Shown: piece by piece, positions 11,853 through 26,762 of the stretch
Layout: the number at the start of each line of letters is the position of its first letter
How positions within the stretch are numbered: the stretch's first letter is position 1
Assembly (NCBI GenBank): GCA_032718475.1
Contig: JAUCBJ010000187.1
Span: 1 to 64,000, forward strand
Direction: 5' to 3'
DNA length: 64,000 nucleotides
Origin: Nemertoderma westbladi
Lineage: Eukaryota > Animalia > Xenacoelomorpha
Translations under genes and position numbers: made by a program
The notes under the pieces: model-generated
Seen by the model: only the letters and a program-made list of their open reading frames with translations
The model's database searches: none
Told to the model about the DNA's origin: nothing

Positions 11853-14800
11853 CTATTTACTAAGATTGGGTGGAGATTTGTATTCTCCTGTCTCGTTTCT
11901 AGTCTCCTCAAGGAGCACGAGACGTTGTACAGGCCTATCTACGGTACGTCCGTCAATAGTCCGTACAGTAACTGTCCTTACTACACCAGATGTAGGGTGC
12001 GTGGTCAAAATGACTCCAGTCAGCCAGAACCGTGAGCGAACAACTGAGTGATTTTCCAAGATTTGTTGCCGTATCCGTCGCTATCGACAGGTACCGAAGT
12101 GGGCAACAATGTCGTCGGCGCCTGCATAAGCAGGTGCGCTGGTGTTAAGGCAAACTGTGAGTTGTTGTTGTCTGGGATCAAAGCGATCGGTCTAGTATTC
12201 AAAACTGCTTCGATTTCTATTAACAACCTCGTCAGTTGGTCGTCTGTCACTATGCGTTGCGTTGGTATTACTTTCGCCATAGCCGTCTTAATTGAGCCAA
12301 TCAGCCTTTCCCAAATGCTGCCTCTCCACAGACTTTCGGAAGTGTTAAAGTTCCAAACAATACGGTGAGGACGTTAGTGTACGTTGGTGACGGTTATAGT
12401 AGGTCATGACGTAGTTCCTCGGAAATCTGGTTTTGGTCCAACTTCCTTAAAGCTCTGGTGATTTCGTTCCGTGCACCCACAAAGTTAGTCCCTTGGTCGC
12501 AATAAATGGATTTGACCAATCCACGTCTAGCGATAAATCGCTGTAAGGCTAGGATAAAGGCGTTGGTGGTCAAGTCTGTCACACGCTCAATATGGACAGC
12601 TCTGCTGGCCATGCAAGTGAAGATCAACCCCCAACATTTTACGTGTACCCTTCCGCGTTTCACGATTATGGGTCCAAAACAGTCTATCCCTGTCTCAGTG
12701 AAAGGGGGTCTAAAAGCCTGTAATCTCGCTAGTGGTAGTTCACTCATTTCTTGGTGTCCTATCCTCGTGTGCACCTTCTTACAAATCATACAGTTCCGTG
12801 TTACCGAACTCAATGCCTTGCTAGGCCTAATCAGTACAAACCTCGAGCGTAAGTGTGATAGACAGTGGTGCCTACCTACGTGTTTGAGTCATAAATGTGT
12901 GTCCAGTATCATAGCGCGCTGTAACTCGTGGTGTTGCGGTATGATGATAGGATACCTAAAGTCAAGTGCAAAGTCAATGTTTTGGAGTTTGGACTTGTGA
13001 CAAAGTAAGCCCCTATAGATTATCGGACTCCAACTCAAAATCGGTGAAGACTTGATCTGTTTACCCTGATTGATTGCTGTGAACTCTCGTGCGAAATATC
13101 GCAATTGATAATGACGATTAATATCAACTTCACAAAGACCAACTTCCTCTAAGGTAAGTCTTCTAGGAAAGTCGCGTTTGCGTCTGGCATATTGTCTCAA
13201 ACGTTTGAGCCATGCTAACTTGCGGCACGCATCAGTCCATGATCCAGTTAGGTTTACTATCCTGTCAAAGTAAGTGTTAGTGACGTCATCAGGTAAGGTA
13301 TAGTCGAAATGTGGATACTTGTTCGGACTTGGTAGGCCCACGGGCCTTCCGGTGAGTGTCTCCCTTTGTAAAATAGGTTTGTCTGAGTCCTCAAGTAATT
13401 TAATCTCCACGGTCTTATCTTTACCGTCCGCACTCAGTGAATTGACTGGCAGTAACGGAAGCTTTCTAACCTTAGTCACACATTTACTCGTAGACGGTAA
13501 ATCAAGTATTTTCCTTGAGCGGAGTGTGATTGCTGTGGCCACACCTTCGTCCAAAGAAGTCAAATTCGGTAAGTTGTCAATCGCTAATGGGTGTGTACTA
13601 GTCCGCTCCAATGGATTCATTGCGTCCTTGTAGTACACGTCATTTCTTTCCAACGAGTCGTCTAAGGGAAAGTCTAGTAGACAGTCTGGTGAGGCATCTG
13701 GCGAACAGTCTGGTGAGACATAGCGCGGAACTTCTGGCGAAATGTCCTGTTGCCTGTCCCAAAGAAAGTCTGGCGTAGCTTCTGTCAGAAAGTCTGGTAT
13801 AAAGTCTAGTGGACAGTCTGTTGAGATGCCTGGTGGAAAGTCTGGCGAGACGTCCTGTAGACAATCTGTCGAGAGTTCCATAAAACAATCTGGCGAATAA
13901 TCCGGAGAACAATCTGGTGTCCTTTCTGGTGAATAATCTGGCGAGACATCTGGTGAACAATCCAGCGAAACGTCTGATGAAACGTCTGGTCGAGAGTCTG
14001 GTGAGACGTCTGGCGTAATGTCAGGTCTAACGTCCAGGTCATCAGATTTCGTCTGTCCTCGTTTCCTCTTGACCTTGGCGCTGGCTTTCGCTTTAGACTT
14101 GACAACAGTGTCGATTTTTATCTCGGCACCTTCCGGTATGGTATTAGTTGTTGCGTCGAATAACGGTGGCCATTCGTCTGATGGTCGTTGTAGGAAATCA
14201 GGTCCTCTAAACCAAAAGGATTTATTGTCCGGTTTACAAAAGTCAATAGGTGACATCCCCCGTGACGCGATGTCAGCTGGGTTCAGCTTCCCTGGACAGT
14301 GACGCCAATCTTGTTTGAGCGACCGGTCTAATATTTCAGCCCATCTGTTGGCTACGAAGGTCTTGAACTTGAATGTTTCGTTGTTTATGTACCAAAGTAC
14401 CAACGTCGCATCCGTCCAATATGTGACCTTCAAGTTAGCCTCCAGCTCGCGTTGAACTAGACTGACAATATCGGTGGATATCGTCCCGGCTTGCAGCTCT
14501 CCACGAGGTACAGTCATATACTTCAATGGCATTGTTCTAGCTCTTGAAGTAACGAGAGACACTTCGTAGCTGTCAGATGTCACTTGTCGTCTAAGGTATA
14601 ATATAACCCCCAGTCCGTCCTTACTAGCATCACTAAAGCTGTGAAGCTCCAAATCAGCAGGAAAGGTGGTCTGCAAAGGAAAGTATACCCTCGGTATGGT
14701 ATAGTCTTGTAAAAACGTCCGTTGGGCTTCCCAGTCCCTCCATTGCTCAGCTAACTTTTCTGGGATGGGGTCGTCCCATTCCAGTCCGGCTTGCCAAATG

Positions 14801-17800
14801 CTAAGGAGTATGATCCTGGCATGTAGGATCACTGGACTAATGAAACACAATGGGTCATACAATCGACTCATGGACGATAAGCAAGTCCTCTTAGTGAGAG
14901 GTCTAATCTGTCCGTTGGACCTTACACGTACCCTAAAGTTGTCGGTGTTCGGGTCCCAACTAAGTCCTAATACCTTGGTCGTAGGTAGAGGTTCTAGGTC
15001 TAAGTCCAAGTCTCCTCCACTGTGATTAGTCGGGTCGAATGAGTTCACTAATTCGGGTTCATTGGAAGCGAACTTCGTGAGGCCAAATCCGCCCTCAGCG
15101 AGACAATCTCGGAGTTGGTGTGCTACGGTCGTAGTGCGCTCCAGAGTGTCACAACTCTTGAGGCCGTCATCCATGTAGAAGTCTCGTTCCACTGTCCGAG
15201 CTACCTCTGAGTCGAATTGGTCTTGTCTGTCTATTGCTGTCTGCTTTAAGGCGTACATGGTGCAGTTGGGGCTGTCCCTGACTCCAAAAACTCTTACCTG
15301 CATTTGGTAAGTTTCTGGCGGAAGTTATAAATTTCCGTCCGGGTACCAAAGAAACCTTAAACTGTCCCTGTCCCGCTCCAAAGCCTTAACCTGGTGAAAC
15401 ATAGCCTCTACATCACAGGTGAAAGCCACTTTGCGTTGTCTAAAATGCATTCGGACTCCCATGAGGTAATTATTTATATTCGTCCATCAGTTTGCTGTTC
15501 ATAGACATCCCTTGGTAAAGCGACTACACGTTGACTACACGCACCTTGCCAGGTTTGTCCAGGTGTCGAACAAAATGATGTGGCAGGTAATATGTCTGAT
15601 CTGTGGTTACCTCTGGATTTAACATCCTAATGGCGTATCCCTTTTGGAGATACGTCTGAAGTTGCGTATTGTATTGCATATGGGCCGTCTCATCACGCAA
15701 AAATCGCTGCCTTATTGATTTGAGTCGCCTCAAAGCAAGCGGGTAGTTGTTAACGAGCTTAGGTTGTACATTGCGCCACAACATGCACAACATGTCGTAG
15801 TGGCCATTCGCGGTCTGGCGAATGGTATCTCTCATAATATTTAATGACCATTTTTCCTGTTCTGACATAGCGGTCTCGTAACTACCGGGTTCTCCTGAGT
15901 CCTGTTCTAACCATTTAATGGTCCGTTCAGTCAGCAGTCGGTCAAGCGCTGCTTGCACTGCGCCATGGTCCTCGTCCACGTCTTCGTCCGCTGTGGTGGC
16001 TAGTGTCAATGTGTCTGGTAGGCTCGCAAGCCTTCCGGTGTCACTAGTCGGCGTCGAAAAGTTGTGAGGCAGTTTGACAACCTTCTGATCTGTCGGTAGG
16101 CTCGCAAGCCTTCCAAGATCAACGACCAGTGTCGAAGCCTGGTCGGTGGGGTCAATGACCTTCGGATTTTTCGGTAGGCTCGCAAGCCTTCCAAAACCCT
16201 CGTTCATCGAGTCATCCACAGCAACAACCCTTTGGTCTTCAGTAGTCAATACAATCTGGTTTACTGCAAGTAGTTGTAAGTCAGAGGTCCATGTGGTCGT
16301 GTCCAGATCAGTTACGTCAGTATCAGTTATGTCAGCGTTAGCGACGCAAGTCTGTCGTAGTGCAGTCTGTACAATTGGACCACAGGAGTGTGAAGGATAA
16401 TTATCTATCGTAGTAGTCAATAAACTACACGTACTCAAAACGTCATCCTCCTGGTCCCTTACCTCTAGTGAACGCACTGGTGCTCTAGTATACCAACCTA
16501 TGGCAGTTCTACATGCGTAGGGGTGCCCGCTGTAATAACAGATGGGCGTGTCTCCCACATCTGATGTAAGTTAAACTGGTCTTTCCCAATCAACATCGCG
16601 ATTGAGCGATAGTTAACAGGACATTCCGGTATTCCAAGGTATCGGAAATACTTACGATCTTCCGGTGATTGCTCTGGCACAGGGCCGAGCAAGTTACTAA
16701 AGTCCTTAGTGGCTGCAAAGGTCAAATTTCTTACCGGAAGTAATGAGCACTCCTCCTTGCTATGTTCCGCTTTGGAAAGAAGAGTGTCTAAGGTTAATTT
16801 TACTCTTAATTTTACTCACAGGAATCGCTCTCTTACCATGCATGCTGCTTACAGTATACTGAGCAGTCTTACCTTTACTCATGTCCGTAACTACGTCGGT
16901 TACTTGTTCGTTGACGTAACTATGCGATGACGCAGAGTTTAAGATAGCGTATATACGCTTGCTCCCTCGGGTTCCAGTAATCTTTATAGGAATCACACTA
17001 AACCCTTTCAAATGGTTCTGTGTAAGGAGTGTTATTGATGGTTGTTCCTCCCCCGCATGCACGTAAAAGATGTCGTCTTCCTCCTCGTCTTCGTCCGATG
17101 ATCCGGATTGATCCATACAGTCAGTATAGAACGTACGAATCTCGCGCGGCGCACGCTCCTTATAAAGTGCGTCGCATCTAGCCACTTTATCTGGATGCTC
17201 TCGTCAAAAGCGTTTGGTCGGAGTATGACTATTTGTGTGGAGTAACGCATCGTGGTTACGTCCACATAGAGGACATGTATCGTCGCTCGGGCAATCCTTC
17301 CGGACGTGTCCAGGCTGGGTACATCTCCAACAAGAATCGAATGATCGAATTTGCAGTCTTCTTTCTTCAACTCCCAACTCTCTAAAGGCGCGACATCCAC
17401 GTAGTTTATGTCCGCTGTGGTTTCTGCCATTCCGCTCGCAATATGAGCATCCCACAAAGTGCGCCGGTAACTGTTGTCGTGGCTGCTTGGTGCCGATAGG
17501 CGTCAGAACTTTAGAAGTTTCCGTTGGGGTGGCATAAGTCACGGCTTTCAAGTTCATCGGAAATGGTTTAGTCCGATTCGGCGCAGCAATAGCTATCTAT
17601 TCCTTCTGCCGCTATATGGTGATCAGTGTAGTTTGATCGAGTCTCAACCACGGCCTCTCGTGAAATCAGTTGGTAGATGACGGTAAGCTTTAATGGCCCG
17701 CCGGCCTCTTCACGCTGATACTCAATACGTCGCCATTCTCGTCGTAATCGATGATGGAGTCGACCGATTATCCTAGTTAGAACTGTCGGTGCGTTGGCGT

Positions 17801-20650
17801 ACTCGAGTTGTCCAATGGACCGTAAAGTTCCTATGGCGTTCTTAATTTCGTCCGCGAGTCGTAGAAGATCGATCGGTTTCGAAATGCTTCCTCCTCTACA
17901 GAGGTCTTTGATAATAGATTTAGCCATGGCTACGTTGCCGCCGTAAATCGAATACAAACGGTCGTATGCCAACTCAACGGCATTCGGAACTCCAATAAAG
18001 GTTTCCGCTAGAAGTTAGAGCAAGTAGTTAAACATCTCCGTCGAGGTGAAGGCACACTTAGCGATCTGGGACTCTACGTAGTCTACCAGCGTATGCCAGT
18101 GCTTTGCGTTGCCAGAGAACTTCGGTGGTTGTTGTGCCGGTAATCCATGTCTGGCCGCAATCTCGCTAACTAAATCCAACTGTCCACGTCCGTGTTCGGT
18201 TACGTCGTCTAGTCGTTCCCTTCTGCGCGTTGTCCGTCGGTAAGAAATATTAACGGGATCTTCTTCTCGATGGTTCGGAGTTTGTCTAGTCTCCTGTTCT
18301 CTCCTTGGTAGTCGATGTTGTCTAGGTTGTTCCAACTCCACGCTGGTTCGTGATCGATCCGACAGTTGCGCTTCGAGTCGCTCTTCGAGTTGAGCTAGTC
18401 GGTCCGCCATCTCAGTGAACTGTTTGGCACTAATCGCTTCCGCTGGTTGCAACGTGGGCTTCTGCAAGGGTGTTTCTTGTGGGGGATTGTCGATGTATGG
18501 GTTCGTCGATCTCTCCTCTCGTTTGTAATCAGCCGCCGCTCCAGTACGGAATATTTCCCGTTCTGTCGACTCCGTATTGCTGGATGAATCGCTGTCGTCG
18601 GGATACGGTGGTTGGAGGGTTCGCGTACGGCGTATTACTCTTGGTCGAGTTAATTGTGGTCTGGGATCTACGGCTCTCCGTTGTTCGGTAGGCTCGCAAG
18701 CCTTCCACGAAGTCGTAAGTCTCATCGAACTCAGTTCGATCCTGTGGGTACTACCCACATCCATCGTCCTTCGTTGTTCGGTAGGCTCGCAAGCCTTCCA
18801 CGAAGTTGTAGGTCTCGATAAATATTGGGTGCAGGGTCTAGTAAAAACATCAGAGTTAAGTGCTACTGTAGGTTGATAAATGACTGGGTTCGCGCAGCAC
18901 GTCACAGGTTTAACTTGTAATGGTTTACTCACCTGTTTTACCGTCATAAACATAGGTTCGTCTCTCTCTACAAGTAAACTACGGCTTACAGTAGGTGGAC
19001 TACTTATCTTACCTGCGAGAATCGGCGATGAAGTCGCTCGTGGCTGCGGAATCGATTCCGACATAACAAACCTATTACCTTGCACGGGTGATATTTCCTT
19101 CGGTTTTGCAACCATAACCAGTTTTACTGGAGTCGTGGGTTTGAGCATAGGAATAACTTGGGGAAAACGTTGACAGTAATCCTCGACGAACTCCTCTCCT
19201 CGATCTATCGCTCCCACACTTCCTTCCTCGATTCTCTTCTGCATTCCGCGATATCGAGTCTCCATGCAATCCAGGGCAGACAAGTCATGCCCAGCTCGAG
19301 ACCTTATAGATCTATCTCTCGCATCGAGTTCGAGGTCCTCTTGCGCATTCGCCGCCTCGCGCGATCTGCGATTTCGTTCGAACTGGAGCTGCATCTCCCT
19401 TTCGTGTCAATCGGCCACCTGTTGTTGTGCCGCTAACTCTGCTTCCTGTATAGCTAAACGAGCATTTATTTGTCACGCCTCCAACTTGGAACAAGCGTCG
19501 GATGCTGCTTTCTTCCGTGCTAACTCAGCTGCGTTTACTGCCACAACTCGTGCTAACTCGTCAGCTGCCGCCCATCGTGCTAACTCATCAGCTGCAGCCT
19601 GTGGTGCTAACTCGTCGGCTGCTGCCGCTGCAGCCGCTTCTCACGCTAAGTCCTCCTCCAGTCTCCGCATTTCTGAAGCTTCAAATTCGGCTTGAGCCTG
19701 GAGTTTCGCAAAGTTCGCTACATCATCTATACCCTGTCTTTCTCCTTCGGCCGCAATCTGTGCCAACTGCCGTTGCGTTTCTTCCTCAGCGACTTGTTGT
19801 CGGCGTGCAACCTCCTGTTGTTTTCGAGTAATTACAGACGCTGTCCTACTAACGTCGCCAACATCGCTCCGTACACTAACGAACGATCTATCCAGTTGTG
19901 AAATTTGGTAGGCTCGTGAGCCGTCCGTAGATAGAACTTCAGTCGTCCCTCGCGGTTCGACTTCCGGTTCTTCGATCGGTATGCCGCATCTACGAAGAAA
20001 ATTAGTGAGTGTCTCTAACCACCCGTCCAGGCAGTATAGTTCTTCTTCCTCTTCAGGTTGTAACAACGCGTCCGAAACTGACTCACCTAACAGTTGGTCG
20101 AGTTGTTCTTGCTGAGTCGATCCTACAACCGACTTAAACTGAATGAGGCTTTCCCTCGCACTTACCAACTTATCTATTATCTTTACCTGAGTAAAGTTGT
20201 CACCACGCAACTCTGCAAGTTCGTGTAAACCTTTAAGTTTATCTATGGAAGCATGTACCCTACTTTCTATCCTTACCTGTAAGGTGTAGAACTCGTATCT
20301 TGACATCGGGGCGGTTAACTCGCGTAAAATGCAAAAACCTTCTCCGAAGTTTCGAGTAATCTGGGCCATGTGTCCTCCTATACTCCTAATAATGTTCTCC
20401 TGGCTTCCAGTCGAACTTACCATGGCCGGTTCCCACGATCTGGTCTGCGGGACGGTAAGGAAATCTTCAATTCTGCCGTCGCCACGCGTTGCGGGTTCCG
20501 GTATTTCCGTTCGGGGTACCGGCGATGCACGCAGTGTGACATCAGTAGAATCTTGGGTTCTCCTTCTCGGTTCGTCTGATGTCGATCTGTCTGTGTCGCA
20601 CGAGTCATAGTCAGTAGGTGTTTATCGAGTCGAATGTGGGGTGTCACTTA
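11853..20650 (-). pseudogene. gag-pol of BEL element A (multiple stops/frameshifts)
   Basis: Gag PPKFSGN..W and CCHC knuckles; PR ILNSASSHS (catalytic D>N); RT DFYMDD; RNase H LHSFSDAS; IN HX6H...CX2C, GIDCFGP, CDQGTNF. Confidence 0.93.
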
Positions 20651-20695
20651 TGTCTTATTATATAAGTCAAGTAAGGGTAATAAAATGTCAAAGTA

Positions 20696-20925
20696 TCAGA
20701 ATGTTGAAATGTCAAACTTACCTTAGTATATATATATACCATATATATACCGTAACCGGTACAAATAAAATGTCAGAATGTCGAAATGTCAAACTTACCT
20801 TAGTATATATATATACCATATATATACCGTAACCAGTACAAATAAAATGTCAGAATGTCGAAATGTCAAAATTACCTTGGTATATATATATCATATATAT
20901 ACCCTAACCGGTACAAATAAAATCA
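20696..20925. repeat. Tandem repeat, ~77-bp unit x3, in the 5' leader of element A
   Basis: TCAGAATGTYGAAATGTCAAA recurs at ~20696, 20773 and 20850. Confidence 0.85.
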
Positions 20926-21703
20926 AAACATATAATAAAATATGTAATAATCTAGCCTACCGGCTAAATTTGTACGAATAAGTGAGATAACGGTATACAC
21001 TACCAAAATGTAGATCAACAAGTACAAATAATAGGCAAAACAGCAAAGTCTAACGGGAAATAAGTACCAACAACACTACTAATTATAAAGTGGAACCCAC
21101 AAATTTTGAGTACTACTGTGCTGATAAGTTTGAACGACACGAGTCGTAAAACTTACGCTCCTTTGATCTACCAGTCTTACCTACTTTGATCTCCCGGATG
21201 TGGGTCATTCCGTTTTCGGCGTCGCGGACGAATTTTGTGTCTCCCAAACTTTGCGAAAAGCGGTCTAATCCCTCGAAGTGGTCCAGAAATGAGTCCTTGA
21301 GTCCTGAAAAGTCGAAGGTGAGAGTTTACTTCTACTCTACGAAAAATCTTCCTAGGTACCAATGCAACTTGGTCTTTAAACCCTATGTACCTTTTCAAGT
21401 ACCAAAAAGTAACACCGCACACACACGGCGTAAAACAAACTAACTTATTAACTAACTGATTACAAACTAACTAACTATTTATAGCTATCCAAATATGAAT
21501 AAAACTACCCTAAAGGCCTACTGGCAGGGGACATTCTACAAATTACTAACTTTACTAATTTTAAATTGTAAAATATCTTCCTACCTTTACAATAGCTAAT
21601 AATATATATTTATATATATATCTCCTACTTTGAGATCCTTCTCGGTAAGAGATATCCTACGGCCTACAAATCTACTAATATGAAGCTATAGAATATTCCC
21701 TAC

Positions 21704-23531
21704 TGAAAAGTCCAGTAGTATACCGCTTACCGGATCCTAGTAACGATGTATCTTACCGTAAGGTCTAGTAGTGTATACGGGCTCGTACAGTATCTGACAA
21801 CAAATCCCAGTCCAGGGTGTCTAAACAAACAGATACAAATACGCGAACAACTACTGGCGAGGAGCAGAGCCTGGTGTATATTCTAAGTACGTGAGCGAGT
21901 CAAATGCCCGACGAACTAGACAAAAGGATGCCTGTCCTCTAACCGGTGAGGCAGATGTACAGTCTACGGTTACAGACCAAACTCACGGGAAAACAATCCC
22001 CGCGCAGTGAATACTAACTATCGCTAACGGACCTAAATACCGTAACTTGCCGCGGTGTGATTTATATGGTTTATATATGAGCTAGTGGATTAACAGACTA
22101 GCGTAACAATACTGACCTGTACCAAATCAGTCTAAAGGGGGTCGTGCCTAAAGTAACGATACTGCTGCTCAGACAAACAACAGTCTAATAAGTAAATACT
22201 CCTTCTTGCCGTAACTAAATACTAAATATCTCCTAAAATTACAAATACGAATGGTAGAACTGCAGAATAAATCTTATCAAGAAGTAACCTAAAGTAAGCT
22301 TGTACTAGTAGAGCTCTAAGTGTACATATGTTTTAGGGCGTGTGTGTGTGGGTGTGTTACAAATAAAACAATTTTGGTGTACTCCATTGTACTAGGTTTT
22401 AGTGATTTACTGACTGAAACAATACCGTGCGCTAGCTACGAAAATAAGCTAGTCGCGCTCTGTAGAACTTTATACTTACAAATGACATCAAAGCTCTCTC
22501 CTTCCTATCCACAACTCAACAGGGCAATTACGGTGTTAGTAACTACACCTGTGATTGGCACAAATACCAGATTCTGGTTGTAAGATAAGAAATAGGGGTT
22601 AATTACTACCATACGTTAGCTGATCTGGTATACAATTTGATTCTAGAATTTTGTTGCCACGGTGGTTAGCAGCAATACCTATCAGTACGTGGCAAGGCGC
22701 GGTAGGATATTAATAAACCTCCCTAGGACAAGCGAGTGCCGGTAGCAGAAATACTCCTTGCCTGATCAAATAACTTGGGTTCAGGCAGGGGGGGTACTAA
22801 ATGTATAAACTACGAAATGAAACCGGTACCGAACTGTCGGTATCGCAAGTCACTAAATTATGGAACGTAGGCTGTCTGTACCTAATGTGTACTTGCGTAC
22901 TGACGAACAGCAATGGTTCACACCTGTAGGAGATACAGGTTAATCCGGGGATTTTGCTTGTTTGCTCCTGTCTAAGTCTAAAATATTCGATCCTAAATTT
23001 TACGGCGTCCCAGGACGGCGTCACGCTTACCCTGATCTATAGGTCAAGGGCGTCAAACAAAGTCTTACCTTCCTCTGAAGTGGGCGCTGTATGGCAAGGG
23101 GGCATGCTTCGAACGGGCACGCGGGCAAATCTAATGTGGGCGCTTAGCGTGTTGTGGACATCTTTCCCTGCGTTGCTGACGGCCTAACGGTCTAGGCTGC
23201 CATCTTCCAAATTCTTGGCTGTCCCAGTGGTGGGCAAAGATAAATTTACATGTTCAAAGTTTACAGTATATTTGTGTAATTTACAAAGAAACTTATCGAA
23301 ACTAAACTTTACAAATAAACATAAGATTGAATAAGCAGTTAGTGATAATAAGTGATAACCGAAGGCAAACCAGCCCTTATATAGCAAATCTGGGACATAG
23401 AATCCGCTAGAACCTTCCAGAGCATTCCATGGCCTGACATTGGAGCAATAAGATGTTCTATGCCCTATGATTGGCCCAACTCATCGTTCCATATGTTGTA
23501 CGCACCTCATTGGCTTATCTAATTAAATCAA
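21704..23531 (-). repeat. 5' LTR of element A, missing the outer ~240 bp of U3 (including the tRNA-like cassette)
   Basis: Matches 7683-~9412 then diverges; no TSD recoverable. Confidence 0.92.
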
Positions 23532-24980
23532 ATATTAACGCCCTATGCATTTTCTTTTTAGAAAAGCCATTCGAAGAAGGGTTGCTGATTTGTCATCTCT
23601 CTTAACAATGCAGTTGTGAGCGGAATGATTTTTTCCGAATTGATGAATGATCTTCAAAATATCAACTATGTAGAGGTGGAGGGCATTGATATTATTAGTG
23701 TATAAATTTATTATTTTATTCATTAATGTTAAAATTAACACAATTCACAAGGATATTTAGACTAGCGGGAAATTAAATAATAACGATTTATTACATCGAA
23801 AATAATTATCCGTTTTTTCGTGTGACACTAAGACGTAAAACTAGCTGTGGCGGCGTAAGCGAGCAATGCTAATTATCTAAGTGTCTATTTAATCAGGTAA
23901 AAGTGTCGCATAATAATAATAATATGTATAGAAAGAATCAATGTTGGTAGTGAGGTACTGTACTACCGGTATTTGTCGTGTTGTGTGTGTGTGAGAAATT
24001 GTATATGGAATAACATATTGGATGAACGCAAGATGTTAAGGTCTTTGTTAACGGATACTACAGTATAGCGCCAGCGGTGTAATTTTATCGAATAATATTG
24101 CGATGTACAGTAGTTTATCGGAGAATATTGCGGTCTAGTAATTTTAGTTATTTAGTTAAAATTTAATAGAATATAATAATATAGGCCAAGTTTTGTTGTT
24201 CTCGAATTTAACACGCAACGCACTGTACTTTATTGGTAATATTGCGGTTGGCGGCTTATTGGAATTGGAATTGTTTTATTGACATCAAAGTTTGAAAACA
24301 ATAAGAAAGTAAATGTGGTAGAGTATAAACAAACACCGACATAAGAAACACATTTACACATAATTTGAGACGGACTTGCACATGAGATACTACCGTTAGT
24401 TCGAGTTATACTGAAATATATGTGAAATATGATGTCGGGGATAGCTCCAAGCCAAGAGACAATGTCTCGTTTCCATGCGGGTCCCCTGGGAATACAGTTG
24501 TTTAAAATTAAATAAAAGGACATACATTAAATTATCACGCGGATTATAAAATATCTTACTTAAAATTCCTACAGTATAAAGATTTAATAAAATGGGTTAA
24601 ATAAAAGGACATACATTAAAAGTATAAAGATTTAATAAAAAGAGTTAGTATAAAATAAGCATATAATATAATATAAATAAATAGAAATCGGTAAAGAAGC
24701 AGATATTTTGGCGATAATGGCATATATAATGGCATAATTTGGATTGTTTAAAATACATTAAAATAATTACACGGTTTACGGTTTTAAGCATTAAAACATG
24801 ACGGACAATATGATGGACATTATAGGTATTGTACTTTAAAATGTAATAAATACTGAGTAGGCCTAATATAAACAAATAGTTTTCGTTTAAATTCTTTAAT
24901 TCAGTAGGAATTACAAGAACACAACATGGTTGGTTGTGGATTAATTTATAACAGCGAATGATTTCTGAACAACATATTAA

Positions 24981-26110
24981 GGGGGGAGGGGTTCACCCGC
25001 CCAGTCTTTTTTTTCATCATATTTTTTTAAATGTGTTCTCCGATGTGAAATTTTATGGTGATTCCGAATCTGAGTTCAGTTTTTCGATTAGGTATTTTGT
25101 TCTCGAGTTATGGCAACTTTGGTAATTTTCACCCAAAATTTCAAATTTTTAATTTTGGTGCAGCACCACATTTGACACCAAAAAAGACAATCAAACACCC
25201 ATAAATGTGCAAATATTTTGCCATTTTCGGAATCAGCGGTGAAAATTATCCTATAGGTATCAAAACCACAAAAGTAGATTATATTTGAAAAATTTGAAAA
25301 AATTTTCACTTTTTGTGCATGTTTGGTCAGTTGTTATCAGGATGAAATTTAAATGTCATTTTTCTCGCATTGGCTTTTTTGGGACACTTTCTCTATCTAC
25401 TTTTTAACTACTCAACGGATTTTCGTTCTGTTTGCAGAATTATGTAGAGGAATATTCCGCGTAAAAATTGTATAGACAGAATTTTGAAATTTTGTTTAAA
25501 AAAAAAGTTATAACTTTTTTCGTTTAAAAAATACCGAAAAATCGAAAAAATCCAAAATTTCGCGATTTTTTACACAAAAGATGCCATAAACTTTTTTTTG
25601 AAAAAAAAATTCAAAATTCTGTCTATTCAATTTTTGCGGCGAATATTCCTCTACATAATTCTGCAAACAGAACGAAAATCCGTTGAGTAGTTAAAAAGTA
25701 GATAGAGAAAGTGTGCCAAAAAAGCCAATGCGAGTAAACTGACATAAATTTCATCCTGATAACAACTGACCAAACATGCACCAAAAGTGAAAATTTTTTC
25801 AAATTTTTCAAATATAATCTACTTTTGTGGTTTTGATACCTATAGGATAATTTTCACCGCTGATTCCGAAAATGGCAAAATATTTGAACATTTCGGGGTG
25901 TTTGATGGTCTTTTTTGGTGTCAAATGTGGTGCAGCATCAAAATTAAAAAATTTCCAATTTTGTGTGAAAATTACAAAAGTTGCCATAACTCGAGAACAA
26001 AATGCCTTATCGAAAAATTGATTTCAGATTCGGAATCACCATAAAACTTTACATCGGAAAACACATTAAAAAAATATGATGAAAAAAAAGACTGGGGGTG
26101 AACCCCCCTC
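24981..26110. mobile_element. Palindromic non-autonomous DNA transposon (Kolobok-like MITE)
   Basis: ~550-bp inverted arms; TTAA on both sides (24977-24980, 26111-26114); purine (GG/GA) termini. Confidence 0.85.
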
Positions 26111-26762
26111 TTAATTGTGAAGTTTTACAAAATAACGTCTGAACTGCGTCTATAAATAAACTAAAAGCCTCTTTATATAACCAAATTCGTGCAAAATTTA
26201 ATAAACTCGGTAATAATTATTGATAATTATATATAAAAGCTATAATTTAGCGGAAGATTAAAATGGGGAAAGACGTTCCTTAACACAATTAATACATGGC
26301 TTACAGGGCTTTACCCGATGGTTATACTGTAGTGATATGCTATCAAATATTCTAGATTTGCCTTCTTTGATATTTTTGATATTCAAATTTAGGTGTTGAA
26401 ATTATATCTGGACCTATCTGAAATTTATTAGATGTACAAATGGGGGGGGGGGGGGGGGTGCACCTCATATGGAACCTCACATTTTGGTGTCTCTGGACCC
26501 TAATATGGGGTGAAACTTATTTTTTTGCTACTAAACATCGTCTGGGCTATTTTAAATATAGCCAAACCAAAAAATTTTGAAATTGTCCCCAAAATGGCAC
26601 TTTATTGGCCCAAATTGTCTTATTGCGCCAAAGTCTATTTCTCCACTAATATTTGTTGGAATTTATCAATATTTAGAATATAAGTTCAGAAGAACCCCGC
26701 ATCTATTCTTCTGAACGTTTTTAACTGAAATTGGATTTGGGTCACTTTAGAACAAAAATGCC

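Larger units (their letters stand above)
7683..23531 (-). mobile_element. BEL/Pao LTR retrotransposon, family A, near full length, degenerate
   Basis: Direct LTRs 7683-9652 and 21704-23531; domain order gag-PR-RT-RH-IN with Pao-type motifs; PPT GGAGCGG next to the 3' LTR. Confidence 0.95.

Noticed and set aside
16017-16192. Three palindromic 20-bp repeats at exact 78-bp spacing, resembling a CRISPR array
   Set aside because: The spacers are related to each other (in-frame tandem duplication in pol), there are no cas genes, and the context is eukaryotic.
25088-26044. Twin 73-85 aa ORFs on opposite strands
   Set aside because: Artefact of the palindromic MITE; no coding signal.
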